DNA of 64,000 bases from an uncultured Desulfosarcina sp. (GTDB lineage: Bacteria > Desulfobacterota > Desulfobacteria > Desulfobacterales > Desulfosarcinaceae). This document shows, one piece after another, positions 27,235 through 38,961 of this stretch. The notes below the pieces were generated by a model that was not told the origin of the DNA, searched no databases, and saw only the letters and a list, made by a program, of their open reading frames with translations. The number at the start of each line of letters is the position of its first letter. Position 1 is the stretch's first letter. The position numbers were made by a program, and so were the translations under genes. Where the stretch lies: the NCBI GenBank assembly GCA_963674945.2, contig CAXXWQ010000003.1, positions 2,208,001 to 2,272,000 on the forward strand, in the 5' to 3' direction.

Positions 27235-30200
27235 ATGAAACTGACCATCGCAAAAAAGATCTGGATCAGCCTGGGCATATTGATACTAGGCTATTTTTTT
27301 TCCATGGTTCTGGGGTTCGTCACAGGATGGAACACCGAAAATCAATTGACTTCGGTCCTTACCAATCTTTTTCCCGCCACCAAGCACAGTCTCCTCGCCG
27401 AGACGACCTTCAAGGAACAGATCCGGCTGTATAGCGATGCCATCCTTATTGGAGACGCGACCAATATAGACAAAGCCAACCAGAAGGCGCGCCAGGTGCA
27501 AGAGGCGCTCTATCGAATCATCGGTCTATCGGGCCTGCCCCATGAAAAAAAGGAAGCCACTCGGCTGCTCAGGGAACGACTGAAGGATTTCAGCCGATCC
27601 GCCCAAACCACCTACACGGCCCTGGTCAGTGAGTTTGAACACCAGAACCTGGGATCCTTTTCGTCCCAGGAAGCCGAACAACTCGCCCAGGAGACCGAGG
27701 ACCTGAAAAAAGGATTGGCAGACCTGAACCAGTCTTTTTCCGAGGCATTGGAAACCGAACTGACCCAGATCAATCAAAGGACGTATCAACAGCGTCACAT
27801 CAACATGGCCCTTTTTGCAATCATCCTCCTATGCCTGGGTGTGGGGGTCTTTTTCATGACCACCCGAACGATCACCAACCCCTTGAAAAAGATCATGGAG
27901 ACCGCCGAGGCCATCTCCCAAGGCGATTTCAGCAAGGAGATCCAGATTCAACAAGAGGATGAAATCGGCCAACTGGCAACGACTTTCTCCAAAATGAAGC
28001 AAATCATCAACGAGGTTTTGGAGAGCATGGACAGGCTGATCAAGGCCATCAGGGAAGGCCGGCTTGACCATCGGGGTGATCCGGGTGCCTTTTCCGGAAA
28101 CTGGCGCAATCTCATTTCCGGTACCAACGACCTCATCGAGGCGTTCACTGACCCCATCAACACATCTGCCATTGCCCTCGAGAAAATGTCGGCCGGTGAG
28201 ATTCCCGAGACCATTGCCACCACATACCGGGGGGATTTCAACAAGACGAAGAACAACCTCAACGATCTCATCCGCAACCTCGATCGAACCGTCGAAATCG
28301 CCAAGAAGATCGCCGACGGTGATTTGTCGACCGAGGTGATTCCCCTGTCGGCAAAGGACAGCCTGGGGAAATCGCTGGCCACCATGACGCGCAGCCTGAA
28401 AAAGATGACCGACGATTCCAGTCGCGAGGACTGGCTCAAAAGCGGACTCAACGAGATCAACAAGGGGATTCACGGCGAGATGGATGCGGTCACCATCACG
28501 CGCAACGTGATTACCTTCCTGGCCGGATACCTCGATGCACAGGTGGGTGCCTTTTACCTGGCGGACCATTCGGATTCGGGGAAACCGATAAAATTTAAAT
28601 TGGTCAGCAGTTACGCCTACAAGGTGCGCCGAAGCAATACCAGTGAATTCCAATTGGGCGAGGGTCTCATCGGCCAGGCGGCACTGGAGAGAAAAGGAAT
28701 TTTATTCACCAACGTGCCGGATGACCATGCGGTCTACACCATCGACTCAGGCGTGGGCGAGTCGTCTCCCCGCCACATCTACGTGATGCCCATGATCTTT
28801 TCCGATCAGGTACTGGGCGTCCTGGCCCTGGGGGCCGGCAAGGAATTCGGCCAAACGGAAATCGAACTCATCGATCGAAGTTCCGAGAGCATCGCCATCG
28901 GTCTGAGCGCCGCCCAATCCCGCTTTCAGATGGCGGACCTGCTCAAAAAGACCCAGAACCAGGCGGAGAAACTGCAGACCCAACAAGAAGAGCTGAAGGC
29001 AGCCAATGAAGAACTGGAAGAGCAGACCCAACTGCTCAAACAGTCCGAGGAGGAACTGAAAACCCAGAGTGAAGAACTTCAGGTGACCAACGAGGAACTG
29101 AAGGAAAAATCCAAAATCCTGGAGGCACGCCAGAAAGAGATCGATCGGTCCAGAAGGGAGATCCAGCGTCGTGCCAGGGACCTGGAACTGGCCAGCAAAT
29201 ACAAATCGGAATTTCTGGCCAACATGTCCCACGAACTGCGAACCCCCTTAAACTCCATGCTTTTGTTGTCCAAAATGCTGAAGGACAACGAGGAAAACAA
29301 CCTTACCCAGGGACAAATTGAATCTTTGCAGGTGGTGCACAGTTCGGGCAAGGATCTGCTCAACCTGATCAACGACATCCTGGATCTTTCCAAGATAGAA
29401 GCCGGAAAGATGGATATGAACTTCGAAGAGGTGAACATTGAAGAAATTGCCAAGTATCTGAACGACCAATTTTTGCCGGTGGCAAAGGACAAGGGCGTGT
29501 CCTTCCGCAGCCGGGTAGCCGAAGGTCTTCCGGAAATCTTGATCAGTGACGGCCCCCGGGTGGAGCAGATCTTGCGGAACCTGATTTCCAATGCCATCAA
29601 ATTCACCGAAAAAGGCAGTATCTCCGTGACCATTGACCGTCCCGATGAAAACACGGTGCTTGGAATAACGGGAATGGACCCTGAATCGGCCATCGCTTTT
29701 TCCGTATCGGATACGGGCATCGGTATTGCCGAAGATAAGCAGGCGGTCATATTCGAGGCCTTTCAACAGGCCGACGGTACCACCAGCCGGCGGTTCGGTG
29801 GCACCGGTCTGGGGCTGACCATCTCCCTGGAACTGAGCAAGAAACTGGGGGGAATGATCCTCATGGACAGCAAAGAGGGAGAAGGCAGCACCTTCACCCT
29901 GGTGCTGCCCCAACAGGGAGTGGATGGCGAGGCGAAATCAAAACCGGCGGATCTGCCCGACATCATTTCCCGTGGGACAATTGAAAAAGAAACACCGGTT
30001 GTGCCCTCGATGAAAGCCACCGAAGAACCGGACCGGGAGGAGGGCAAAACAGCCACCTTACCAGATGACCGTGCACTGATTGAAAAGGGCGATAAATCGA
30101 TTTTGGTCATCGAAGACGACCTTCGCTTTTCCAACATCTTGAAGGACTTCATCCATAAACGGGGATACAAATACCTGGCCAGCGAAAGGGGAAAAAGCGG

Positions 30201-31272
30201 CCTGGAACTGGCCATCCGATACCAGCCCACATCCATCATTCTGGACATCCACCTGCCCGATATGGACGGCCTGATGGTTTTGGACATGCTGAAAAAAAAT
30301 CTTGCGACCCGCCACATCCCGGTCCACATCATCTCTGTCCGGGAAGCCAATTCGGAAGCCATGAAGAAAGGGGCCATCGGTTGGAACAAGAAGCCCACGA
30401 CCGCCAAGGAGATCGAATCTGTTTTATCCAAATTCGAACAGGTTTTGAAAAAGTCATTGAAGGAAGTGTTGATCGTCGAGGACGACGAGGCCAACCAGGT
30501 GGCGTTGACCCAGCTGATCAAGAGTCAGGGAGTGAACATCACGGTCGCCGGGGATGGCCGGCAGGCCCTGGATTCGATCACGGCCAACAAGCCCGATTGT
30601 GTCATCTTGGACTTGGGATTACCGGACATATCCGGGTTTGATCTGCTCGAAAAACTGGAATCCGAAATGTCCGAATCCGGTGAATCACTGCCACCGTTTA
30701 TCATCTATACGGGAAAGGAGCTGTCGGAAGAAGAGTACCGGAATCTAAACAAATATGCCAAAAGCATCGTCATAAAAGGGGCCAACTCCCCCGATCGTCT
30801 ATTGGACGAAGTGTCACTGTTTCTGCACAGCGTGGAAAGCCAACTTCCCGAAGAGCAACGAACCGTCTTGCGTATGCTCCATGATCCCACCAAGGTACTG
30901 GAAAATCGAACCGTTTTATTGGTTGACGACGATCTTCGCAACACCTTTGCCCTCTCAAAGATACTGGGAAACTATGGTATCAAGGTAATTCTTGCCGATA
31001 ACGGGCAAATGGCCATTGAAAAGCTGGAGAGCGAGACGGCGATCGATCTGGTCCTCATGGACATCATGATGCCGGTCATGGATGGATTCGAGGCGATTCG
31101 GCGAATCAGGAAACAACCCAGGTTCGAGAAGTTGCCCATCATCGCACTGACCGCAAAGGCCATGAGCACGGATCGGGACAAATGCATCGATGCCGGTGCC
31201 AATGACTATCTGGTAAAACCGTTGGACGAGGAAAAGTTGGTCTCGATGCTTAAGATATGGCTTTTCAAATGA
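27235..31272 (+). CDS. Hybrid histidine kinase: 2 TM, poly-HAMP, GAF, Glu-rich coiled coil, HisKA, HATPase, three REC domains
   Basis: HAMP chain; GAF (GEGLIGQAALE); QQEELKAANEELEEQ; FLANMSHELRTPLNS; GGTGLGL; RECs LVIEDD, LIVEDD, LLVDDD. Confidence 0.93.
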   Translation: MKLTIAKKIWISLGILILGYFFSMVLGFVTGWNTENQLTSVLTNLFPATKHSLLAETTFKEQIRLYSDAILIGDATNIDKANQKARQVQEALYRIIGLSGLPHEKKEATRLLRERLKDFSRSAQTTYTALVSEFEHQNLGSFSSQEAEQLAQETEDLKKGLADLNQSFSEALETELTQINQRTYQQRHINMALFAIILLCLGVGVFFMTTRTITNPLKKIMETAEAISQGDFSKEIQIQQEDEIGQLATTFSKMKQIINEVLESMDRLIKAIREGRLDHRGDPGAFSGNWRNLISGTNDLIEAFTDPINTSAIALEKMSAGEIPETIATTYRGDFNKTKNNLNDLIRNLDRTVEIAKKIADGDLSTEVIPLSAKDSLGKSLATMTRSLKKMTDDSSREDWLKSGLNEINKGIHGEMDAVTITRNVITFLAGYLDAQVGAFYLADHSDSGKPIKFKLVSSYAYKVRRSNTSEFQLGEGLIGQAALERKGILFTNVPDDHAVYTIDSGVGESSPRHIYVMPMIFSDQVLGVLALGAGKEFGQTEIELIDRSSESIAIGLSAAQSRFQMADLLKKTQNQAEKLQTQQEELKAANEELEEQTQLLKQSEEELKTQSEELQVTNEELKEKSKILEARQKEIDRSRREIQRRARDLELASKYKSEFLANMSHELRTPLNSMLLLSKMLKDNEENNLTQGQIESLQVVHSSGKDLLNLINDILDLSKIEAGKMDMNFEEVNIEEIAKYLNDQFLPVAKDKGVSFRSRVAEGLPEILISDGPRVEQILRNLISNAIKFTEKGSISVTIDRPDENTVLGITGMDPESAIAFSVSDTGIGIAEDKQAVIFEAFQQADGTTSRRFGGTGLGLTISLELSKKLGGMILMDSKEGEGSTFTLVLPQQGVDGEAKSKPADLPDIISRGTIEKETPVVPSMKATEEPDREEGKTATLPDDRALIEKGDKSILVIEDDLRFSNILKDFIHKRGYKYLASERGKSGLELAIRYQPTSIILDIHLPDMDGLMVLDMLKKNLATRHIPVHIISVREANSEAMKKGAIGWNKKPTTAKEIESVLSKFEQVLKKSLKEVLIVEDDEANQVALTQLIKSQGVNITVAGDGRQALDSITANKPDCVILDLGLPDISGFDLLEKLESEMSESGESLPPFIIYTGKELSEEEYRNLNKYAKSIVIKGANSPDRLLDEVSLFLHSVESQLPEEQRTVLRMLHDPTKVLENRTVLLVDDDLRNTFALSKILGNYGIKVILADNGQMAIEKLESETAIDLVLMDIMMPVMDGFEAIRRIRKQPRFEKLPIIALTAKAMSTDRDKCIDAGANDYLVKPLDEEKLVSMLKIWLFK

Positions 31273-32102
31273 CGAACATCGAATCCATAGAGATGGATCT
31301 GTTGCTCGAAGGCATCTATCGACACTACGGATACGATTTCAGAAATTACAGTCGTGCCTCGTTGAAACGGCGGCTGACCCAGCACATGAAACGTTCCGGG
31401 CAGACGCGTCTTTCGGAGTTGATTCCACGGGTGCTCCACGACCAGGCGTTTTTCAATGCTCTTCTCAAGGAGATGTCCATCACTGTTACGGAGATGTTCA
31501 GGGACCCCGCTTTTTATAAAGTGTTGCGTAAAAAAGTGATTCCCGTACTCAAGACCTATCCTTTCGTCAAGATATGGCACGCCGGGTGCGCTACGGGCGA
31601 GGAGGTCTACTCCATGGCCATCGTACTTACCGAGGAGGGCTACTACGATAAGTGTCATATTTACGCGACCGATTTCAACACTCACGCCCTCGACACGGCC
31701 AAAGAGGGGATCTACCCCTTGGAACGCATACGGGAGTACATGGAAAACTACAATCAGAGCGGCCGCAGGTCCTCTTTTTCCGAATACTTCACCGCGGCCT
31801 ACCAGTCGGCGAAGATGATCAATTCCCTGAAAAAACAGATAACCTTTACCCATCACAACCTGGCCACCGATACATCCTTCGGTGAGATGAATATGATCGT
31901 TTGCCGAAACGTTTTGATCTATTTCAACAAGACACTCCAAGACAGAGCTCTTTCCCTTTTCCACGAAAGCCTCTGCCATGGCGGTTTTTTGTGTCTGGGG
32001 AAGAAAGAAACCATTACTTTTTCCAGTGTGAAAAGGGGATTTCAAACCGTGTCCGATGAGGAATGCATTTTCAAGAAAACCATCGCCTGGTCCGACGGAT
32101 AA
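31269..32102 (+). CDS. cheR: Protein-glutamate O-methyltransferase CheR
   Basis: YGYDFRNYS, SITVTEMFRDP, IWHAGCATGEEVYS, CRNVLIYF; ATGA overlap with the kinase. Confidence 0.93.
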   Translation: MTNIESIEMDLLLEGIYRHYGYDFRNYSRASLKRRLTQHMKRSGQTRLSELIPRVLHDQAFFNALLKEMSITVTEMFRDPAFYKVLRKKVIPVLKTYPFVKIWHAGCATGEEVYSMAIVLTEEGYYDKCHIYATDFNTHALDTAKEGIYPLERIREYMENYNQSGRRSSFSEYFTAAYQSAKMINSLKKQITFTHHNLATDTSFGEMNMIVCRNVLIYFNKTLQDRALSLFHESLCHGGFLCLGKKETITFSSVKRGFQTVSDEECIFKKTIAWSDG

Positions 32103-32108
32103 CGGTCC

Positions 32109-32729
32109 ATGAGCGAATCTTACCAATCATTCGAAGCCGTGGTAATGGGGCTTTCCATGGGTGGTTTGGATGCACTGACCGTCATGATTCCGCGATTTCC
32201 AAAGAATTTCGGGATGCCGGTGATCGTCGTTCAACATCGGCGATCCGACCCGGACAGTTTTCTCTCCCTCTATCTGGACACGTTGGGAGAGATATCGGTG
32301 AAAGAGGCAGAGGATAAAGAGACGATCCGGCCCGGCATCGTGTACATCGCTCCGGCCGACTATCATCTGATGGTGGAAGAGGACCGGACATTTTCCCTAT
32401 CCGTGGACGCCCCCGTTCAGTATGCCAGGCCTTCCATAGATATCCTTTTCGAGACCGCCGCGGAGGCATACCTGGACAGACTCGTCGGCGTGATCATGAC
32501 CGGTGCCAATGCCGACGGCAGGGACGGTCTGGCAAAAATCAAGGCCCTGGGCGGACGGTGCATCGTCCAGGATCCCAGTACGGCAACCTCCGACACCATG
32601 CCGCGATCGGCAATGGAGGCGATACAACCCGATCATGTGGTGCCATTGGAAAAGATCGTCGATCTGCTAATCGACATCGACCACCTTGGTACGGGACGAA
32701 CAAACAGAAACCATAAACAAATTTCTTAG
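32109..32729 (+). CDS. cheB: CheB methylesterase, stand-alone (no REC domain)
   Basis: GLSMGG (Ser), VVQHR (His), RPSIDILF, MTGANADG (Asp), MPRSA. Confidence 0.92.
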   Translation: MSESYQSFEAVVMGLSMGGLDALTVMIPRFPKNFGMPVIVVQHRRSDPDSFLSLYLDTLGEISVKEAEDKETIRPGIVYIAPADYHLMVEEDRTFSLSVDAPVQYARPSIDILFETAAEAYLDRLVGVIMTGANADGRDGLAKIKALGGRCIVQDPSTATSDTMPRSAMEAIQPDHVVPLEKIVDLLIDIDHLGTGRTNRNHKQIS

Positions 32730-32765
32730 GATAGACAGGCAACACTTCAATTTTAGGAGCCGAAT

Positions 32766-34877
32766 TTGGAAAACATCACGAATGCACTGTCCTCCAAAAT
32801 CCTTATTGTCGACGACAAGCCTGCGAATCTGTTTGCCTTATCCGCCGCACTGAAAAAGCTGGAAGCTGAAATCATCACCGCCACCTCCGGAAACGAAGCC
32901 TTGTCGTTATTACTCAGACACCGGTTCGCCATGGTCATCCTTGACGTCAACATGCCGGGCATGAGCGGTTTGGAAGTAGCCGAGTTGATGCGTGACAACG
33001 AGGCTACCCGGGACATTCCCATTTTGTTCATCACCGCCTTTAGCAAGGACGATTGGCAGATCTTCAAAGGGTATCATGTCGGTGGTGCGGACTATCTGTT
33101 AAAGCCGATCCAGGAGCCCATCCTCATCCAAAAAGTCCGGGTATTTCTCAAGCTGAATCAACAGAAGATGCTCCTGGAACAGACCTCACGGGAACTGGCC
33201 CGGTCCAATCGCGCACTCGAAAAGGCCAGGAGCGATCTGGAACGACGGGTGGAGGAACGCACCGCCGATCTGAAGCGCGCCAATGAGCATCTCGTATCGG
33301 AAATCCACGAGCGGCAAAGGACCGAAGAACGCATTCAGCGTCTTCAGACTTTTTTGGAGAGTGTCATCAATTCCATGCCGAGCGCACTGATCGGTATCGA
33401 TCTCGATGGACGGATCACGCAATGGAATCCTGTCGCCGAGACCTTGATTGGAAAAGGAGCAGAGGTGACCAGGGGGAAGTCTGTTTACCGGGTCTGCCCC
33501 TTTCTCGAGGATAAGCAAAAGATCATCCAGCGGATCATGGAAACGGCTGATCCCTATACCGAAGAGACGATCGTCCATTGGGAAGAAAACAGGGATCGAT
33601 TCTGGAACATGACCATCTACCCGTTGGTCCGAAACGGTGTGGAAGGCGCGGTGATTCGAATCGACGATGTCACCGACCGCGTCTTGGCCGCGAAAAAACA
33701 GGAGCAATTCGAAGACAACCTTCGCAAGGTCCAAAAAATGGAGGCCATCGGCAATCTGGCCGGCGGCATTGCCCATGATTTCAACAACATCTTGTCCGCC
33801 ATCATCGGATATTCGGAATTGCTTGAAATTGCAGTAAGCGGCAGCCTTCAATCCGAACGATACGTTAAACAGATCCTGACGGCATCCAACCGGGCGAAGA
33901 ATCTGATACAGCAAATCCTGACGTTCAGCCGCAAGGCGGAGAGCAGCCTCCAACAGATAGAGATCCGACCCGTCGTTGCCGAAGCCATGAAACTGCTGCG
34001 CGCCTCCCTGCCCGCCACCATCGAAATCCATGAACACATCGCCCCGGAGGTAAGGATGGTTATGGCAAATCCCACCCAGATTCACCAGATTCTGATGAAT
34101 CTGTGTACCAATGCCAGTCATGCCATGGACGAGGACGGGGGGCGGCTGGATGTGGTCTTGGAGGGCGTCGTGTTGCGTGAGGACGACTCCGAACGGATCG
34201 GTGATCTGACCGCCGGAGAGTACCTGCGGATCACGGTTTCCGATACGGGAAAGGGCATACCGACGGAAATCATCGAGCGAATCTACGAACCCTATTTCAC
34301 TACCAAGGGGCCGGACAAGGGAACGGGACTCGGGCTTTCCGTGGTCCACGGGATTGTCCAGAATCACGGTGGGCATATCACCGTTGACAGCCAATTGGAA
34401 AAGGGCACGCGATTTTGCATATTTCTTCCCATGCTCGATACCCCCTTTTTCGAGGATGTGACAATGGAAGCGATGGAGGATATCGACTTGAAAGGAAGCG
34501 AACGCATCCTTCTGGTGGATGATGAGGCCTCCATCGTCGAAATCCAGCAACAGATGCTGGAAAAGTTAGGCTATCGCGTGACCACGACCACCAAGGGACT
34601 CCACGCGTTAGCGTTGTTTACTTCCCATCCGGAATCCTACGACATGCTCATCACCGACATGACCATGCCCCATGTCACCGGACTCAAACTCGCCATCCAG
34701 ATAAAAAAGATAAAACCGAGCATCCCGGTTATTTTGTGTACCGGATACAGCGAAGCCATCACCAAAGAACAGGCCCTGGCCATGGGCATCGAGGGGTTTA
34801 TCATGAAACCCTTCGATAAGGATAGCCTGGCACTGACCATAAGAAAGATTTTCGAAGAGAGGCGGGCAAAGGAATAG
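32766..34877 (+). CDS. Cytoplasmic hybrid histidine kinase (REC-PAS-HisKA-HATPase-REC)
   Basis: AGGAG RBS with TTG start; ILIVDDKPANL; PAS; GGIAHDFNNIL; GTGLGL; ILLVDDE, ITDMTMP. Confidence 0.92.
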   Translation: MENITNALSSKILIVDDKPANLFALSAALKKLEAEIITATSGNEALSLLLRHRFAMVILDVNMPGMSGLEVAELMRDNEATRDIPILFITAFSKDDWQIFKGYHVGGADYLLKPIQEPILIQKVRVFLKLNQQKMLLEQTSRELARSNRALEKARSDLERRVEERTADLKRANEHLVSEIHERQRTEERIQRLQTFLESVINSMPSALIGIDLDGRITQWNPVAETLIGKGAEVTRGKSVYRVCPFLEDKQKIIQRIMETADPYTEETIVHWEENRDRFWNMTIYPLVRNGVEGAVIRIDDVTDRVLAAKKQEQFEDNLRKVQKMEAIGNLAGGIAHDFNNILSAIIGYSELLEIAVSGSLQSERYVKQILTASNRAKNLIQQILTFSRKAESSLQQIEIRPVVAEAMKLLRASLPATIEIHEHIAPEVRMVMANPTQIHQILMNLCTNASHAMDEDGGRLDVVLEGVVLREDDSERIGDLTAGEYLRITVSDTGKGIPTEIIERIYEPYFTTKGPDKGTGLGLSVVHGIVQNHGGHITVDSQLEKGTRFCIFLPMLDTPFFEDVTMEAMEDIDLKGSERILLVDDEASIVEIQQQMLEKLGYRVTTTTKGLHALALFTSHPESYDMLITDMTMPHVTGLKLAIQIKKIKPSIPVILCTGYSEAITKEQALAMGIEGFIMKPFDKDSLALTIRKIFEERRAKE

Positions 34878-34905
34878 TGCCTGGTCGTACAAATGGGAGG
34901 ACCAC

Positions 34906-37900
34906 ATGCGTTCTCGGAGAACGTGCCGCCTGTGGGAGGTCTCAATGACCCGTGTTGCCATGGCGTTGCTGATGGTGTTCATGCTGGGCGCGTGGACAGA
35001 TGCCCGGGCGCAGGAACAAACGCTCAGGTTTGATCGGGTCATCAGTACGGGGTCCATGTTAATTCCCGGTCCCATCATCCAGGACCGGGACGGGTTTCTT
35101 TGGATTGGGGCACAGGGCAGCGGCCTTATCAAGTTTGATGGCTATGATATCAAACGGTATATCGCCGGTCCCGATTCGATTCTGGATGACAATGTCACCG
35201 CATTGGTTCAGGACAGGGAAGGAATCATCTGGATTGGCACGCTGGGCGGACTCAGCAGTTATGACAAGGCCACAGACAGCTTTACATCTTATCTGCATAT
35301 TCCTGACACAACAGACAGCATCAGCAGCAACCGGATCAGTACATCGACACATGCGCTTTTGGAAGGCAAGGAGGGAAAGATCTGGGTCGCCACCGCCAAC
35401 GGGCTCAATGCATTGGACAAGAGCACCGGAACGTTTACCCGTTATCCGCATGTGCCCGAACGAACCGATCGCCTGGATAGCAGCAACGTCCTGTCCATTT
35501 ATGAAGATAACGAAGACACTCTCTGGATTTTCACGGAAACCGGACAGAGCAAATTAGATAAGGACCGCGGGACCTTCATCCATTACCCGGGTCTCCATCA
35601 TTAATCCGCGGACGCAGGAGAAGGAACCGTTCATGCCGTCCTCGAAGATAGGGATGGAATTTTGTGGATCGGAACCGATTCCGGTTTGAAATCATTCGAT
35701 AAAACGACGGGTACCTTCACCTTCCATCGATTCGACCCCGACAAGCCCCAGGGGCTGCCCTGCGATCTGATTTACGCCATCCACGAGGATGAAAACGGTA
35801 ATTTGTGGATGGGGCACGGCAACGAATTAAAAGGGCTGACCATCTTCGATAAAGAAAAAGGCATCTTCACGAACTTCAGACATGATCCCAAGAACCCTTT
35901 TTCCATCAGCAGTGACTCGGTGGTGGGGATCCTTGAAGATAATCAGGGAATCATTTGGCTGGCGCATTTAAACGGATCTCTGGACAAATACGACAAACAG
36001 AATCAAAAATTCAACATATATCCGAGTGATTCGGATGATCCGCATACCATCAGTGACACGTTGATCAATACATCCTATGAGGACAGCGCAGGAACGATTT
36101 GGTTCGGCGCAGGAAACGGGCTCAACAAGTATGACAGAAAAACCGGTCGATTCACTCGTTATCTGAGTAATACGGATGACCCCAAAAGCATACCGGGTGG
36201 TTTCATCTGTGGGCCTTTGGAAGACAGTCATGGCAATTTCTGGGTATTGTCATCGGACAATTATATCTCGCTGTTTGACCGGAAAAAGGGTGTGGTGTCA
36301 AAGATCTACAACACGGTGAGTTTTCCGGTTACGGTCATCGAGGATCGTTTTCATCCTGATCATCTCTGGATTGTCTCCTGGGGCGAAGGTCTGGGCAGAT
36401 TTGACAAAAACAGCCACGAAACAACGGTTTTCACTCATGACCCAGATGATTCGGAAAGCATCGGCCACAATAACATGGCGCAACTGTATCAGGATACAGA
36501 TGGATTTATCTGGTTGCCGACAATGGGAGGGGGGCTGAACAAATTCGACCCTAAAACCGAAAAAGTGGTCAAGCAGTACAGGCATAACCCGGACAATCCG
36601 ACGAGTATCGGCAGTGACACCGTCGCCCATATCTTCGAGGATTCCGCCGGCAACTTCTGGGCAGGCACCTATGGCGGAGGGTTGAATAAATTCAACAAAG
36701 AGAACGAAACCTTTACACGGTATACGGTGGAAACCGGATTTCCCACGAACACCGTTACGAATGTTCTCGAAGATGACCAGGGCATCTTGTGGTTGGGATC
36801 AAAAGTCGGGTACATCCGGTTTGATCCCCATACCGGAACCGCGAGAGTCTACACCAAGGAAGACGGCCTAGCCGGCAATGAGTTCCAGGAAGCCGCCATG
36901 TGCAAGGCCAAAGACGGCAGCATATGGATCGGTACGATAACCGGGGCAAACAGCTTTTCCCCCCAAAATCTTATGGATAACTCTTATATTCCGCCAGTTC
37001 ATTTTACCGCCATCAAACAGGGGGGAGAAGAGGTCCATCTGGCAAAAGCACCGGAAAGGATAACGGACCTTGCGCTGGATTGGCAGAACAATTTTTTCGA
37101 GTTCGAGTTTGCGGCGTTGAGCTACACGAATCCCAAGAGAAATCAACACGCCTATATGCTGCAGGGGGTGGATCAGGATTGGTACGTTTCGGGTGCCAGA
37201 CGCTTCGGGCGCTATACCGGGTTGTCGCCCGGTGAATACACCTTGCGAATCAAGGGATCCAACAATGACGGGGTCTGGAACGAACAGGGCGGCGCCATTA
37301 CCATCAGAATTCTTCCTCCCTGGTGGCAGTCCTCCTGGTTCAGGATGCTTGCCGTGATGATATTTGCCGGGGGGGGATTTGGGATTTTCTGGTGGCGCGT
37401 GAGGACGATTGTAAACCAGAGAAAACGACTCGAACGCCAAGTCACCGAAAGAACCCAGGAGCTGCAAATTGCCAAAGACGCCGCCGAATCGGCCAACAGG
37501 GCCAAGAGCGACTTTCTGGCCAATATGAGCCACGAACTGCGGACGCCCTTGAACGCGATTTTGGGATATTCGCAACTGATGCAAAGGGATCCCGCACTTT
37601 TTTCGGAACACCGGAAGAACCTGGAAATCATCAATCGCAGCGGCGAACATTTGCTGGCATTGATCAACGATGTACTGGAAATATCGAAAATCGAAGCGAG
37701 GCAGGTTCATTTGGAACTTGTTACCTTTAATTTGTACGCCTTGCTTGACGATCTGGAACTCATGTACCGTACAAGGGCGCAAGCAAAAGGGATACGGTTT
37801 GAGATACAGGGGAAAGCGGGTGTTTTGCAATACGTGAAAACCGATCGGAACAGACTGCTCCAGATACTGATCAATCTTTTGGATAACGCCCTTAAGTTTA

Positions 37901-38961
37901 CTGAGAAAGGCGAGGTTACACTGTCTATGGGGACCGGGGAATTGGAAGCGGCTTCGGCTCCGGTCCGGCGGGCACCAACAGGCACGTTCGCGCAACCGAT
38001 TGGGGACACACAGATCATCTTTGCGGTAGCGGATACCGGCGTCGGTATTGCCGCGGATGAACTGGACAAGGTGTTTGCGTATTTTGAACAGACTGAAAGT
38101 GGCAAGAATCTTAAAAGCGGCACCGGTTTGGGACTTGCCATCAGCCGGGAATATGCCATTGCCATGGGTGGTGATATCACCGTAACCAGCCAAGTGGGCA
38201 AAGGCAGCAGGTTTTGTCTTGCTATATCCGTCGAGAAAGGCCGTGCGTCGGATATCAAAAATCTGGTTACGGGAAGGCGTGTTCTTGGTCTTGCACCGAG
38301 CAGCGAAAATCAAGAGGTTCCACGCATCCTGGTGGCAGACGACGTCGAGGAGAGCCGCGCCTTTCTGGTGAAAATGTTGAAAACCGTGGGATTTCAGGTT
38401 CGAGAGGCCGCCAACGGAAAAAAGGCCCTGGATATTTTTCAAAAATGGTGCCCTCATTTTATCTGGATGGACATCCGTATGCCGGTGATGGACGGCCTGG
38501 AGGCCACCCGACGTATCAAGGAAACCGACGCTGGAAAATCAACGGTCGTGGCAGCGCTCACCGCCCATGCCCTCGAGGAAGAGAGAGAAGAGATCTTGGA
38601 AAAAGGTTGCGACGACTTTGTGCGCAAACCCTTTCGCGAGAACGAAATTTTCGATACGATGGCAAGACATCTGAACCTCAGGTATAGATATGAAGACGAA
38701 CCGGAGCCGGTTGGTCCTGTAAACCAAAATATCGATGAATATCCCAGACGATTGGATGATTTGCCCGAAGAATTGGTCGGCCAATTGTATCGGGCGGTTG
38801 TCGAATTGGATATGGACGGAACCATGGCGCTGATCGAGAAGATTTCCGAGCATGATGCATCGGTCGGTGGTGTGTTGAAATTCCAGGCGGAAAAGCTCAA
38901 TTATCGTTGCCTGCTAAGCTGGCTCGGGAAAGAGAATGGCGATTCTGGAGTAACATCATGA
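34906..38961 (+). pseudogene. Beta-propeller (Reg_prop/Y_Y_Y) hybrid histidine kinase interrupted by one in-frame TAA at 35602-35604
   Basis: ORFs 34906-35604 and 35662-38961 are in the same frame; read-through HYPGLHH*SADAGEGTVHAVLEDRDGILWIGT continues the propeller repeat; then Y_Y_Y, TM, HisKA, HATPase, REC. Alternative start at 34945. Confidence 0.85.

Noticed and set aside
35602..35604. Selenocysteine or pyrrolysine recoding
   Set aside because: The codon is TAA and lies in a non-catalytic linker.
36868..38457. 529-aa minus-strand ORF (and the similar 33186-34550 ORF)
   Set aside because: Antisense shadows of histidine kinase genes.
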